Shown here one piece after another: positions 63,516 to 64,000 of a DNA stretch of 64,000 nt. The notes under the pieces were generated by a model, which saw nothing but the letters and a program-made list of their open reading frames with translations, was not told the DNA's origin and made no database searches. Each line of letters begins with the position of its first letter. Position 1 is the stretch's first letter. Origin of the DNA: an uncultured delta proteobacterium (GTDB taxonomy: Bacteria > Myxococcota_A > Polyangia > Polyangiales > B10-G4). A program made the position numbers and the translations under genes. The DNA lies in NCBI GenBank assembly GCA_963727445.1, contig CAVSGI010000010.1, forward strand, positions 448,001 to 512,000. The letters are read 5' to 3'.

Positions 63516-64000
63516 AGAAGATCAACAGGCGCCACTTCCTGACCGGCGCGGCCGGCGCCACCCTGGCGCTTCCCTTCCTGACGAAGCTCGACGGAAGGCG
63601 AAGGGCCCGCGCCGCCACCGATCCCCTCGCGCCGCGCCGCCTGATCGTCGTGACCTACGCGATGGGCACGGTGAACGAGCGCTTTCAGCCGAGCGCGCCC
63701 GGCGCGGCTTTCACGCTGCCCTACGTCACGGCACCGCTCGAGCCCTTCCGCGATCGTTGCCTCTTCGTCTCCAACTGCGACAACGCCGCGATGCACCTCA
63801 ACAGCCAGCACGCCTTCGGCCATCCGGCGAAGAAGGAGAGCGTGCTCACCGGCACCCTTCTGACCGGCGCCTTCACCGGCGACGGCTCCAACCGCATCGA
63901 GAACGTGATCCCCGATCTCGACGGGAGCGATTCGGGCGGGCCCAACAACGAGTCCGTCGATCACTTCATCCAGACCCAGCGCATGGACGCGACGCACGTC
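63512..64000 (+). CDS. DUF1552-family Tat-exported protein; runs off the right edge
   Basis: TTG start overlapping the upstream stop; (M)KKINRRHFLTGAAGATLALPFL; this is the usual partner of DUF1592 genes. Confidence 0.85.
   Translation, partial: MKKINRRHFLTGAAGATLALPFLTKLDGRRRARAATDPLAPRRLIVVTYAMGTVNERFQPSAPGAAFTLPYVTAPLEPFRDRCLFVSNCDNAAMHLNSQHAFGHPAKKESVLTGTLLTGAFTGDGSNRIENVIPDLDGSDSGGPNNESVDHFIQTQRMDATHV

Overview
High-GC (about 70%) bacterial DNA, most likely Myxococcota (Polyangiales/Sandaracinaceae-like). The evidence is MYXO-CTERM-type tails, many Cys-rich lipoproteins, and a DUF1592/DUF1552 pair. The window holds about 58 CDSs; I found no rRNA, tRNA or true CRISPR array. Recognisable genes are nhaR, glnS, nth, cysE, polX, ligC, a LigD-type primase-polymerase, ligA, 2-oxoacid dehydrogenase E1 alpha/beta, msrA/msrB, glgX, an AlkA-like glycosylase and phhB. 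The most striking feature is a repeat family, GGGGACGCTAGATTGACAATTGACTT. It forms inverted ends around an HUH/Y1 transposase with a C-terminal HTH (39559-40613). It also forms a transposase-free array of three direct plus three inverted copies 36 kb away (3024-3322). Both loci sit between convergent genes, and in both the repeat supplies the final codons (LGTLD) and stop of a host gene, one of them ligA. Other leads are a Wss1/SprT-like metalloprotease ending in a beta-clamp motif (QLKLF), a degenerate GH63-like domain fused to a Cys-His-Asp domain, widespread leaderless -10 promoters, and several sigma54-like promoters. Five genes carry single +1 homopolymer frameshifts and a sulfatase carries several more, probably read errors. 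All family calls come from motif recognition by eye, not database searches.
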